Positions 37,403 to 46,355 of a stretch of DNA of 64,000 bases are shown here, piece after piece. The notes under the pieces are model-generated. The model was given only the letters and a program-made list of their open reading frames with translations. It was not told where the DNA came from and ran no database searches. A program made the translations under genes and the position numbers. This DNA comes from a virus, in the IMG/VR virus record IMGVR_UViG_3300046004_001116, positions 1-64,000 of that record; one strand, given 5' to 3'. Each line of letters opens with the position of its first letter. Position 1 is the stretch's first letter.

Positions 37403-37624
37403 ATGAAAGCGGGAGCTAAAACAACAGACAAAGATTTTAATAACTTAATTACATACTTGGAAAGATTCAAAGGTGCTAATATTACAATCACTGTTGATAA
37501 AAATCCTTCGCCTGAAAAGATTGCTTATATAAAAGAAAGAATAAAGATAAGTGAGCAACGTGCTCAAAACGGCCGGGTGGTGGAACTGGTAGACACGCTG
37601 GGTTTAAGCCCCAGTGGGCAGTAA
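37403..37624 (+). CDS. Small hypothetical protein whose 3' end overlaps tRNA-Leu
   Basis: ORF reads into the tRNA at 37571. Confidence 0.45.
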   Translation: MKAGAKTTDKDFNNLITYLERFKGANITITVDKNPSPEKIAYIKERIKISEQRAQNGRVVELVDTLGLSPSGQ

Positions 37625-37656
37625 TGCCCGTGCGGGTTCGAATCCCGCTCTGGTCA
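37571..37656 (+). tRNA. trnL: tRNA-Leu(TAA)
   Basis: Class II cloverleaf. Confidence 0.92.
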
Positions 37657-37660
37657 CAAA

Positions 37661-37746
37661 GGAGAGGTAAGCATAGTGGTACTGCAGCGGATTGCTAATC
37701 CGTTCGGCGTTTATTCGTCGCGTGGGTTCGATCCCCACTCTCTCCG
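37661..37746 (+). tRNA. trnS: tRNA-Ser(GCT)
   Basis: Class II cloverleaf. Confidence 0.9.
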
Positions 37747-37765
37747 CAATATATAATAAAACAAT

Positions 37766-37837
37766 GGCCTGTTAGTTTAACGGATAGAACTCTGGTTTAC
37801 GGCATCAGCGATGGGGGTTCGAGTCCCTCACGGGTCA
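37766..37837 (+). tRNA. trnR: tRNA-Arg(ACG)
   Basis: Loop TTACGGC. Confidence 0.88.
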
Positions 37838-37861
37838 CTAATCAAATAAAAAACAAATGTC

Positions 37862-38314
37862 ATGGTATTTAGAAAGCTCGCAGATAGGCAGGAAGTTGAC
37901 TTATTACCATACGCACATGATTTCCTAACGGAACATCCAGAGCATAAACTCTACGTGGGTACGGATAGTCAAAACATCGGAAAAACTACAGTTTATGCAA
38001 CAGTTATTGTGTTTCATAATAACAACGGTGGTGGTCACGTTTTATATTCTAAGGTAACAGTACCTAGAATCGCGGACAGATGGACCAGATTGTGGAAAGA
38101 AGTAGAAATGTCAGTTCAAGCAGCTGACCTTTTAAAAGAAGGAGATTTTCATCCGGTAGATTTTATTGACTTGGATTTAAACCCAGACCCAAGATACAAA
38201 TCGAATATGGTCTTAAGATCAGCTGTTGGTTATGTTGAGAGTTTTGGTTACAAAGCAAGAGTAAAACCGAATGCGACTATTGCATCTTGTGTTGCAGATA
38301 GTATCTTCCGTTAA
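37862..38314 (+). CDS. RNase H-like YkuK (DUF458) family protein
   Basis: YVGTDSQ, RLWKEV..S, KPNA.IAS.VAD. Confidence 0.8.
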   Translation: MVFRKLADRQEVDLLPYAHDFLTEHPEHKLYVGTDSQNIGKTTVYATVIVFHNNNGGGHVLYSKVTVPRIADRWTRLWKEVEMSVQAADLLKEGDFHPVDFIDLDLNPDPRYKSNMVLRSAVGYVESFGYKARVKPNATIASCVADSIFR

Positions 38315-38407
38315 GAACTATTATATAAGAAGTGAATATATAATCTATAATACTTTGGGGTGTAAAAGCCCCAAATATTTTTACTAACTAAAATAAAACA
38401 AAAAAAC

Positions 38408-38764
38408 ATGAAGTAGGTACAAACAAAATTCTCCGAAACAAAATTAATCGTTGTCACTAGATCTGATATTTCTCCGGGCTATCAAGTAGTCCAATCAACA
38501 CACTCAATCGCTGATTTCTCATATCAGCATCCTGAAGCTTTCCAACAGTGGAAGAATGATTCAAACTCAATCATTTGCCTTTCAGTGCCTTCAGAAGAGA
38601 AACTTCTCAAACTATTTAATAAATTCGAAAACCGTATACCGGCTACAGCGTTCTATGAACCAGACGTATCCGAATGGACTTCCGTGTGCTTACTTGGCAC
38701 CCCAGAGATTCGTAAAGCACTTTCGCATTTACCGCTATCATTAAAAAACTCCGATGTATTATGA
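38408..38764 (+). CDS. Peptidyl-tRNA hydrolase Pth2-like protein with in-frame TAG at codon 3 (not in ORF track)
   Basis: ATG AAG TAG then open frame ...KLIVVTRSDISPGYQVVQSTHS...IICLSV...FYEPD...TSVCL...LSHLPL. Confidence 0.7.
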
Positions 38765-39186
38765 AAGGAATCTTAAAAGTTAGAAGCTTTGATGCGCTTA
38801 AAAAATTAAGTACAAAAAGAGCTTACGGTAAACACAAAAGATTACATGAAAGAATGAGACATATTCATACGTCTATTCTATTTCTTGAAGAACACAAATT
38901 ACTTACTGTGGATATGCTATGGGATATGTTATGTGTTTACATTAGCTATCAAAGAGAAGCAGGTAAACTTTATTATGTTTACGCTTACGCTAGACCAGAT
39001 AGTTGGTATAAGACAAACAATCGAATATTTACCGAATTTACACCAGAACATGTTGATTCGTATATTAATCATATACTTACAAATGCTTATAGCCATGTAA
39101 TGAATCTGCCGTATGAACTACATAAAAAATACAGAGACATTATCATCGGGAGAGAAAAAGAACTAAAATTAAAAAACAACAATTAA
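38761..39186 (+). CDS. Hypothetical protein
   Basis: ATGA overlap with the Pth2-like gene. Confidence 0.6.
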   Translation: MKGILKVRSFDALKKLSTKRAYGKHKRLHERMRHIHTSILFLEEHKLLTVDMLWDMLCVYISYQREAGKLYYVYAYARPDSWYKTNNRIFTEFTPEHVDSYINHILTNAYSHVMNLPYELHKKYRDIIIGREKELKLKNNN

Positions 39187-39196
39187 AACAAACATT

Positions 39197-39490
39197 ATGA
39201 AAACACAAGCACAACACAGACAAGACGTAGTTAATTATTTAAGATTAACAGCACAACACAAATTCCTAAAAGGGGAAAGTAATTTATTAGGATTAATAGA
39301 AACTGCAGATGGAAGTTTCTTTCGAGTAGACAATGGAACTCCAGTAACATCACAAATTAACATCGATTGGTTTGTAGAGCATTATAAAGGTGATGCTAAA
39401 AACGTAATCAAAAACCAAATCTTTTTTCATGGCCATGGTTACACTAGTATTAAAAGAAAATATTATGAAAAGTTGTTAGCCGCTAAATAA
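39197..39490 (+). CDS. Hypothetical protein
   Basis: ORF. Confidence 0.6.
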   Translation: MKTQAQHRQDVVNYLRLTAQHKFLKGESNLLGLIETADGSFFRVDNGTPVTSQINIDWFVEHYKGDAKNVIKNQIFFHGHGYTSIKRKYYEKLLAAK

Positions 39491-39541
39491 AACTAAAGAT
39501 AACTCCTGAATATAAATACTCAATAAAATAAAACACAGACT

Positions 39542-39820
39542 ATGAACAAAGTAATTAAATTCTCAGCAGATTGGTGTGGACCATGCAAAGTATACAAACC
39601 AAACTATATAAAATTTGCTGAACAAGTTAGTGGAGATGGAAAGGACATTGATGTGCTTGATCTTGATGTAGATAAAAATTCAGATGAGGCAAGTAAATAC
39701 GGAGTAAGATCTATCCCACTTACACTTTTTATTAAAGATGGTGAAGTTGTTGATAAAATCAGCGGTGTAATACCAACAAGTGCATTACTTGACAAATATG
39801 CAGCAGTTTATCAGAATTAA
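39542..39820 (+). CDS. Thioredoxin
   Basis: WCGPC. Confidence 0.92.
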   Translation: MNKVIKFSADWCGPCKVYKPNYIKFAEQVSGDGKDIDVLDLDVDKNSDEASKYGVRSIPLTLFIKDGEVVDKISGVIPTSALLDKYAAVYQN

Positions 39821-39844
39821 AATACTTTTAAAGAATTAGAAATC

Positions 39845-39868
39845 AGGGACCAAAAGGTCCCTTTTTTT
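39845..39868 (+). terminator. Intrinsic terminator
   Basis: agggacc-aaaa-ggtcccttttttt. Confidence 0.8.
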
Positions 39869-39915
39869 GACATCTCAAATGATAAATACTGTAACTAAAA
39901 TAACTCAGTATTCAT

Positions 39916-40203
39916 ATGGGACAAAAAGAAAACGTGTTTAAAAGAATATTCACCTGGTTAGGTGGTGTCTTACAAGACGAAACGGGAACTCCGTCATCAA
40001 AAAGAGTAGTAGGGCTTTTATGTGGTGTTACTCTATGTATTACTTTATATGCAAACAGCTTCTCACATGGAGATATTAAACCATCAGACATATTGGTTGA
40101 AGCAGTTACTGCTTTAGCTTTTGGTTGTTTAGGATTATCTTCAATTGACAAAATTTGGGGTAAAAAGAAAACAGAACCTGCTGCTGAAGAACCTGCTGAA
40201 TAA
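39916..40203 (+). CDS. Two-TM membrane protein (holin-like)
   Basis: SSKRV followed by two hydrophobic helices; late promoter. Confidence 0.55.
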   Translation: MGQKENVFKRIFTWLGGVLQDETGTPSSKRVVGLLCGVTLCITLYANSFSHGDIKPSDILVEAVTALAFGCLGLSSIDKIWGKKKTEPAAEEPAE

Positions 40204-40460
40204 GTAAACTTAAAATTATCCTTAAAACAATGTCAGACCAACTACGAATAGAGTTGGACATAATCATAGTTTTAATGAAAGCAGGTATTCCTGCAGACAT
40301 AGCAAGAATTATGGCCAGACAGATAATGATTGATAGCACTACAGCATAGTTTTTAACAATTAGAAAAAAAGTTTAAAAAAATGTAAAAATGCAAAAACTA
40401 TCTGAAATGATATGTATAAATATACTATAAATTAATTACAATAATACGTTCTTACAATAC

Positions 40461-40700
40461 TTTGTCATCTCGAAGCGGTCATCAGAGTTACATCAAACTA
40501 TAACTATGACAGCCAATTCTTTAAAAACGCAGTAGGTGTAAAAGCCTAACCGTTTTAGAGATCCTACCGTCTTTTACCTCTACAGGCCAGGCGGCTATCG
40601 CAAGATAGGAAATCAGTAGATCGGTGATCCACTTAATATCGGATCGACTCGCGCACGTAAGGCGCAATCCTTTGAGGAGAAATTCTCGGGCACTGACAAA
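40461..40700 (+). ncRNA. Large (~240 nt) Y-RNA-like gene upstream of Ro60
   Basis: TTTGTCA/TGACAAA closure; CGAAGCGG..GAGTTACATC / AATTCTCG; several internal hairpins. Confidence 0.7.
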
Positions 40701-40713
40701 TTGCATACAAAAC

Positions 40714-40793
40714 ATAACCGACGCGGAGATAGGAGTTACATCAAACTTTAAGCAAAATTCGAACAAACGCTCCTTTCTAATATTCTCGGTCAT
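40714..40793 (+). ncRNA. Minimal Y-RNA-like gene upstream of Ro60
   Basis: ACCGACGCGG..GGAGTTACATC / CTCC..TAATATTCTCGGT. Confidence 0.7.
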
Positions 40794-40827
40794 TTTGAAA
40801 TTTCTTGCCACATTGGCATTTCTATAA

Positions 40828-40865
40828 TGACGAGTATCGCTTCACAGCTTTACTCGTCTTTTTTT
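40828..40865 (+). terminator. Terminator between the Y RNAs and the Ro60 gene
   Basis: gacgagta...tactcgtcttttttt. Confidence 0.65.
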
Positions 40866-40889
40866 GTTTAATAACTAAAACCAATTATA

Positions 40890-42512
40890 ATGAGCAGATT
40901 AACACCTTATTCAGACAAAAGAACAGCTACATCTAATGAAGCTTATTCTACCGTAGTGGAAAACTACATGGGCGGAAACTCTTTTAACGTTTCTCCGCTT
41001 GCAACTCTTAAAATTGTAACCGCAAGTTCAATCTTTGGAGAACCAAGATATTACCAAGACGGTATAGGATCTTCTAAAACTATTAAGAATCATTCAACTC
41101 TTATGGAGTATGATATCTTTAGTGATGGGGTGAAAGATAACCGAAGTGTAGTGGATGTATTTACTTCTGCAATTGACAATGCATTAGACTTTGACTTCAA
41201 AGCAACATTGGATTTTGCATTAGAACTACGTACAGAATACTTCATGCGTCTTAACCCAGCGGTTATCTTTGTTCGTGCTTCACAGCATCCAAACAGAGTT
41301 GCGTTTAATGAAGCTAATCCAGGCTACATGAAATCTATCGGAAAAGCAATCGCTTTAAGACCTGATGACGTAACAAACCAATTGGATTACTACATGTTCT
41401 TAAACGGTTCTAAGAAAGGTTTGCCTTCTTTACTTAAAAGAACTTGGGCTGATACTCTTGAGTCATTCTCTAGATATCAATTAAACAAATATAAAGGTAA
41501 AAGTCTTATTGACCTTGTAAGAATCTCACACGCAAGTAACGATGATATTACTGAGTTAATGAAGACAGGAACAATTAAAGTTACATCATCTGAACAAACT
41601 TGGGAAAGTTTAAAGAGTGCTGGAAAAACTTGGGTTGAGATTCTTGACACAATTAAAGTTCCTCACATGGCTCTTTTAAGAAACCTTCGTGGAATCTTTA
41701 CAGAAATCAATGATGCGGCTATTGCGGCTAAAGTTCTTGAGCAATTGGAATCTGGTGTTTTATACGGAAAGCAATTTCCTTTTAGATACTGGAGTGCTTT
41801 TAAAGCAATTCAATCCGCGGACGTTAATCACTCTGGATTAATTAAAGACAGTCTTGAAAAATGTATGGACCTTGCGGTTGCTAACATGCCAAAACTTGAC
41901 GGTCGAGTAATGTCTCTTTGTGATAACTCAGGTTCTGCTTGGGGATCTCTTAATTCAGAATACGGTTCTGTTACAGTGGCAGAGATTGCCAACTTGTCAG
42001 CAATCATTACTGCACAACAATCTGCGGAAGGTTATGTAGGAGTATTTGGTGACAGACTTAAAACTCGTTCTATCTCTAAAAGAAATGGTCTTTTAACTCA
42101 GTTAAATGAATCAAACACTGAAGGAAGAGGAATTGGTGGAGGAACTGAAAACGGAATTTGGTTATTCTGGGATAAAGCAATCAAGGATAAACAACACTGG
42201 GACACCGTGTTTATCTATTCTGATATGCAAGCAGGTCACGGAAACCTTTACGGCACAAACGAAAGAGACTATGCAGAGTTTGCGCACAAACGTTCTAACC
42301 GATACATTGATGTACTTGCATTAGTGGAAAAATATAGAAAAACTGTTAATCCAAAAGTTAACGTTTTCTCAGTACAAGTTGCTGGGTACGATAATACAGT
42401 ACTTCCTGAAAACTTATACCGTGGTGCAATCTTAGCAGGGTGGACGGGTAAAGAATGTCACTATGCCGACGCTGTTATAAAAGCTTGGAATGAAATAGAG
42501 AATCAAAAATAA
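40890..42512 (+). CDS. rsr: Ro60/TROVE-domain RNA-binding protein with vWA domain
   Basis: MALLRNLR, QFPFRY, DNSGSA (MIDAS), IYSDMQ. Confidence 0.9.
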   Translation: MSRLTPYSDKRTATSNEAYSTVVENYMGGNSFNVSPLATLKIVTASSIFGEPRYYQDGIGSSKTIKNHSTLMEYDIFSDGVKDNRSVVDVFTSAIDNALDFDFKATLDFALELRTEYFMRLNPAVIFVRASQHPNRVAFNEANPGYMKSIGKAIALRPDDVTNQLDYYMFLNGSKKGLPSLLKRTWADTLESFSRYQLNKYKGKSLIDLVRISHASNDDITELMKTGTIKVTSSEQTWESLKSAGKTWVEILDTIKVPHMALLRNLRGIFTEINDAAIAAKVLEQLESGVLYGKQFPFRYWSAFKAIQSADVNHSGLIKDSLEKCMDLAVANMPKLDGRVMSLCDNSGSAWGSLNSEYGSVTVAEIANLSAIITAQQSAEGYVGVFGDRLKTRSISKRNGLLTQLNESNTEGRGIGGGTENGIWLFWDKAIKDKQHWDTVFIYSDMQAGHGNLYGTNERDYAEFAHKRSNRYIDVLALVEKYRKTVNPKVNVFSVQVAGYDNTVLPENLYRGAILAGWTGKECHYADAVIKAWNEIENQK

Positions 42513-42516
42513 ATTA

Positions 42517-42540
42517 AAGGAGCTTCGGCTCCTTTCTTTT
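42517..42540 (+). terminator. Intrinsic terminator
   Basis: aaaggagc-ttcg-gctcctttctttt. Confidence 0.8.
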
Positions 42541-42586
42541 GCATATATAAGTACTTAACCTAATGATATATAAAATAAACAAAATT

Positions 42587-43480
42587 ATGTATCATTACGT
42601 CTATAAAGTAAAAGATCCTATTACTAAAGAATATTACATAGGTAGTAGAAGTTGCAACTGTTTACCGTCTGAAGACACTAGTTATAAAGGGTCTATGAAA
42701 ACTTGGATTCCTAATAATTATGTTTTTTTAGAAAAAGAAATCTTACAAGAAGATTTTGAAAGCAGAGAAGATGCGCTTATCTTTGAAAGCAGCTTGATAG
42801 GAAAACATATTAAAGATGCATTAAATAGAAATTACGCTCAACCTGGACCAAAATTTCATACAGTGGGTAAAGACTGTTCTGGTGAACTTAATGGCTTTCA
42901 TAATAAAAATCATGATGAGGCTACAAAAATAAAAATTGGGCGCTCAGGTAATCTTAATGCTGCATTTGGAAAAAAGTGGATTCATAAAGACGGCCAACGA
43001 AAATTTATTAAGAAAGAAGATTTAAACACTTACATTAATGCTGGTTGGTCTTTAGGTAATCTTATTTTAAATAATCCACTTAAAGAGACAAGAATTTGGA
43101 TAACTGATGGATCTGCTAACAAATATGTTAAAGAAAATGAATTAAATTTGCCTGATGGTTGGAGAATAGGAAAGACTTATTCAAATGAGGCTAAAGAAAA
43201 ATTTGGTAACCAGCTTTCTAAAAGTAGAACTAAAGCTATACAGAATACAAAAGAAGTAACATCTAATACTGTTTGGATGAATGATGGCTTAAAGAATCAT
43301 CGAATAAAACTATTTAATGTTGAAGAATATAAAACTAAAGGATTTAATATGGGAAGACTAAATTATGAACCGTGGAATAAAGGCTTACCGCGAGTATCTG
43401 GCGCTGGTAGACAACCAAAAGAACCAGTGTATGCTAAAGCTATTATCGATGCTTGGGACTCTATTGAAAACAAACAATAA
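42587..43480 (+). mobile_element. GIY-YIG (Seg-like) homing endonuclease inserted in the 3' end of the Ro60 gene
   Basis: HYVYKV...YYIGSR...YKGS; WITDG/WMNDG repeats; C-terminus duplicates the Ro60 tail. Confidence 0.8.
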
Positions 43481-43707
43481 TGATTAGACAGCAACTCTAC
43501 AGAAATGGGGAGGACTTATATCTTATCCTACGCGAGGTAGAAATATCTCGCTTGTTGGATAAAGCTGGTCAGATTAGAGGTGACGCCTTTAATGCTCTCA
43601 AAGATTACTTAGGATCTGATAAGGTTCTTAAGAATCAATCCCACTTTTTGTTTTGTGAAACAGTGCAAGAAGCTAATTGGGAAGACATTACAGATACAAA
43701 TGATTAA
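43480..43707 (+). CDS. Hypothetical protein
   Basis: ORF followed by terminator aagagcc-ttcg-ggctctttt. Confidence 0.65.
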   Translation: MIRQQLYRNGEDLYLILREVEISRLLDKAGQIRGDAFNALKDYLGSDKVLKNQSHFLFCETVQEANWEDITDTND

Positions 43708-43882
43708 AAAAAGAGCCTTCGGGCTCTTTTTTTAGCTTACCATGAAACTTTATTCTTAAGCATGTATATATAATTAAATTCTGGGGAGCCAAACTTAGGC
43801 TTGCTTCGGGTGTCACAGCCTTGGAATATTCATACGTGGATATAAAGAAGTAAGAGTAATCAAAAACAACCAGACAACTATT

Positions 43883-44644
43883 ATGACAATAACAACTACT
43901 GCCACTAGTGGCACATGTGGTCTTAGCATCACAACCAACAGAAACCGTGTGAAAGAATACGGTTCTAATGTGTATTTAAGAGACGGACAAAAGTTCGAAA
44001 TTGAATTACACAACCCTCACACTTACAAAGTATTAGCAAAAATTAAACTTAATGGCTATTACATTTCTACAAGTGGGTTAGTCCTTAACCCAGGCCAACG
44101 AGTATTCTTGGAAAGATTCATTGACAAAGATGAAAGTTTTATCTTCTCAACTTATGATGTTGATGGCACTCCTGAATCTAAAGCGGCAATTGCTTACAAT
44201 GGTGATGTTGAAGTAGAGTACTATGCTCAATACATACCAAGCAATTTGAGTTTAGGTAATTGGAACACAGGACAAACTTACACTTACTTTAACGGTAAAA
44301 CTACAACTGACCTTAACAACACTTTTTATTGTTCATCAAATATCTCTAACACAGCAGGGATTTCAAGTGTAACACAGGATAGTTTTTCTTTTAATGCTTC
44401 AAACACATTATCAGAACCTGTAGAAACTGGAAGAATTGATGGCGGTAAGAAAACAGGACAAAAATTTGGAACATCAAATGATTCATTTAATTCTTGGGTG
44501 TTTGAGACTAAGAAAATGAAAATCATGCCTATTTCAGCTAAACCTGTTGAAGTAAGTGAACTTCGTAACTACTGCACTAACTGCGGAACAAGAGCGAAAA
44601 AAGCATCATGGAAATTCTGTCCATCTTGCGGAACTAAAATGTAA
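43883..44644 (+). CDS. Hypothetical protein with C-terminal zinc ribbon
   Basis: CTNCG...FCPSCG. Confidence 0.75.
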   Translation: MTITTTATSGTCGLSITTNRNRVKEYGSNVYLRDGQKFEIELHNPHTYKVLAKIKLNGYYISTSGLVLNPGQRVFLERFIDKDESFIFSTYDVDGTPESKAAIAYNGDVEVEYYAQYIPSNLSLGNWNTGQTYTYFNGKTTTDLNNTFYCSSNISNTAGISSVTQDSFSFNASNTLSEPVETGRIDGGKKTGQKFGTSNDSFNSWVFETKKMKIMPISAKPVEVSELRNYCTNCGTRAKKASWKFCPSCGTKM

Positions 44645-44716
44645 AAAACTGGGTTGGCTCCCTTAATTTTTTATCTTAAAAGTCTAAGAATATATACCAA
44701 AAATATAATGTAAAAG

Positions 44717-45460
44717 ATGAATAAGAATCAATTCTTTAACAAACATAAATTCCAGCAAATACCTCAACAAGAACTTGACAGAAAATGGCGAGTTTTTAAT
44801 GAGCAAGAAATGTTTAATAACATGAGTGCTCCTGCAACTGCTTTTGGCGGCGGCGGTATTAGTGATACTGAACCACCAGTACCTTCTTGTATTGATGGCT
44901 GGATGACTACAAATCTAGATGTAATTGCTTTTAGAGACGGCTATCCAATATTACAAGCATTAGATGCTTTAGAATGGACAGACGCTAATAACAGCCTTAT
45001 TCCAGTATGGTGTTACTATAATTTCGATTCTAATACAGGTCCAACTTACGGAAAACTTTATAATTACTATGTTGTTGAAGAATCATTAATAAGAGGAATT
45101 GGGCCTGCTGGGTATGCTGTTCCGTCAGAAGAGGATTGGACTATCTTAGAGAATTGTTTAGGAGGTAATGAAATTGCTGGTGGTAAATTAAAAACAACAG
45201 GAACTTCTGACGATACTGGATTATGGTTACCTCCAAATTCAGGAGCAACTGATGAAGTTGGATTCTCCGGTATACCTAGCGGATATATGTCAGATGGCGG
45301 AGTTGCTGGGAATCTGAAATCTCGAGGAAGTTTTTGGACAACTACTGAAGTTTCTGAAACCATAGCAATGGTTATGAACTTAAATTATAATAGTACTGCT
45401 GTTTATCACGGTCCAGATACTAAAAGTAAAGGATATTCTATTAGATTGAAAACTATTTAA
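44717..45460 (+). CDS. Fibrobacter succinogenes major domain (FISUMP) protein with QQELDRKWR module
   Basis: WMTTNL, YGKLYNY, VPSEEDW, GYSIRL. Confidence 0.8.
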   Translation: MNKNQFFNKHKFQQIPQQELDRKWRVFNEQEMFNNMSAPATAFGGGGISDTEPPVPSCIDGWMTTNLDVIAFRDGYPILQALDALEWTDANNSLIPVWCYYNFDSNTGPTYGKLYNYYVVEESLIRGIGPAGYAVPSEEDWTILENCLGGNEIAGGKLKTTGTSDDTGLWLPPNSGATDEVGFSGIPSGYMSDGGVAGNLKSRGSFWTTTEVSETIAMVMNLNYNSTAVYHGPDTKSKGYSIRLKTI

Positions 45461-45723
45461 TTTGTATTGAATATAACTATCAAATAAAAATAATACCACA
45501 GAAATTCTTTTGAGAGGTTACTCCGTTGCTAAACCCTGACGGACTTAATCGTTAAACTTAAATAAACATATCGGAAATCGCTAATGTGCAAGTTCTTGCA
45601 ATACTGCCAGTCCTTTCCCTGTTTAAATTTGTGTTTACTCATCACAGCAACATGATGCTGGAAATAGTCAAGAGTAAAGGGATATGAGACTATTGGGAAT
45701 TTCTTTTTTAACATATACATACC

Positions 45724-46071
45724 ATGATACAAGAAGAAAGAGTTATACTTACACTTGCTGATATTGCTGAAGAATTTGATGTAGTAGAAAATGAAGAAAT
45801 AGTTTTTGCTGAAGAGCTTGAACATATTGGTGCAAAAAATGCATCTGAAGTATTTTTTATTGGTATAATGGAAGATGACATCAATGAAGGTGAATTCATA
45901 TCTGAAACTGAGACAGAAACTATAAAAGGTTCAGACATTTACGGATTAATTGGATTAAATGATTGTTTTGTAACTAAAGGCAAAATTAAAGGATATCCAG
46001 CATTTAAAGTATATGATGGAATAAGCGAATTTGTTTTCGCAGGTCCAGATTTTAAATTGAATCTTCTATAA
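45724..46071 (+). CDS. Acidic hypothetical protein
   Basis: ORF. Confidence 0.6.
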   Translation: MIQEERVILTLADIAEEFDVVENEEIVFAEELEHIGAKNASEVFFIGIMEDDINEGEFISETETETIKGSDIYGLIGLNDCFVTKGKIKGYPAFKVYDGISEFVFAGPDFKLNLL

Positions 46072-46078
46072 AATATAT

Positions 46079-46151
46079 TGCGGGGTAGAGCAGTTGGTAG
46101 CTCAGTGGGCTCATAACCCAAAGGTCGCAGGTTCGAGTCCTGCCCCCGCTA
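46079..46151 (+). tRNA. trnfM: Initiator tRNA-fMet(CAT)
   Basis: 1-72 mismatch, three G-C pairs in the anticodon stem. Confidence 0.92.
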
Positions 46152-46170
46152 CTAACTTAAATTATTAAAA

Positions 46171-46341
46171 ATGGCGACAGCAGCTAAAAGATCGAGACAG
46201 GCAAGGGTTTTAGAAGTCTTAGAGAAGCAACTCAAAAGCGGTGTAAAAACTGAAAAGAAAACCACTGATGTGAAAGTTCCCTTAACCGAACATGACATCA
46301 AAAGAATTAAGAAAGAAATTGAAATACTACAAGGTAAGTAA
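46171..46341 (+). CDS. Small basic protein (56 aa)
   Basis: MATAAKRSRQARVLEVLEKQL... Confidence 0.55.
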   Translation: MATAAKRSRQARVLEVLEKQLKSGVKTEKKTTDVKVPLTEHDIKRIKKEIEILQGK

Positions 46342-46355
46342 TTTCTTGGATATAT

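Noticed and set aside
38556-38744. 62-aa ORF in the track
   Set aside because: Wrong frame; the Pth2-like frame 38408-38764 explains the region.
30826-40662. Recurring CGTAAG motif in several ncRNA loops
   Set aside because: Explained by a common C(GNRA)G tetraloop; not evidence of homology.
40521-40827. ORFs 40521-40811 (-) and 40624-40827 (+)
   Set aside because: Overlap the two Y-RNA-like genes and have no credible start context.
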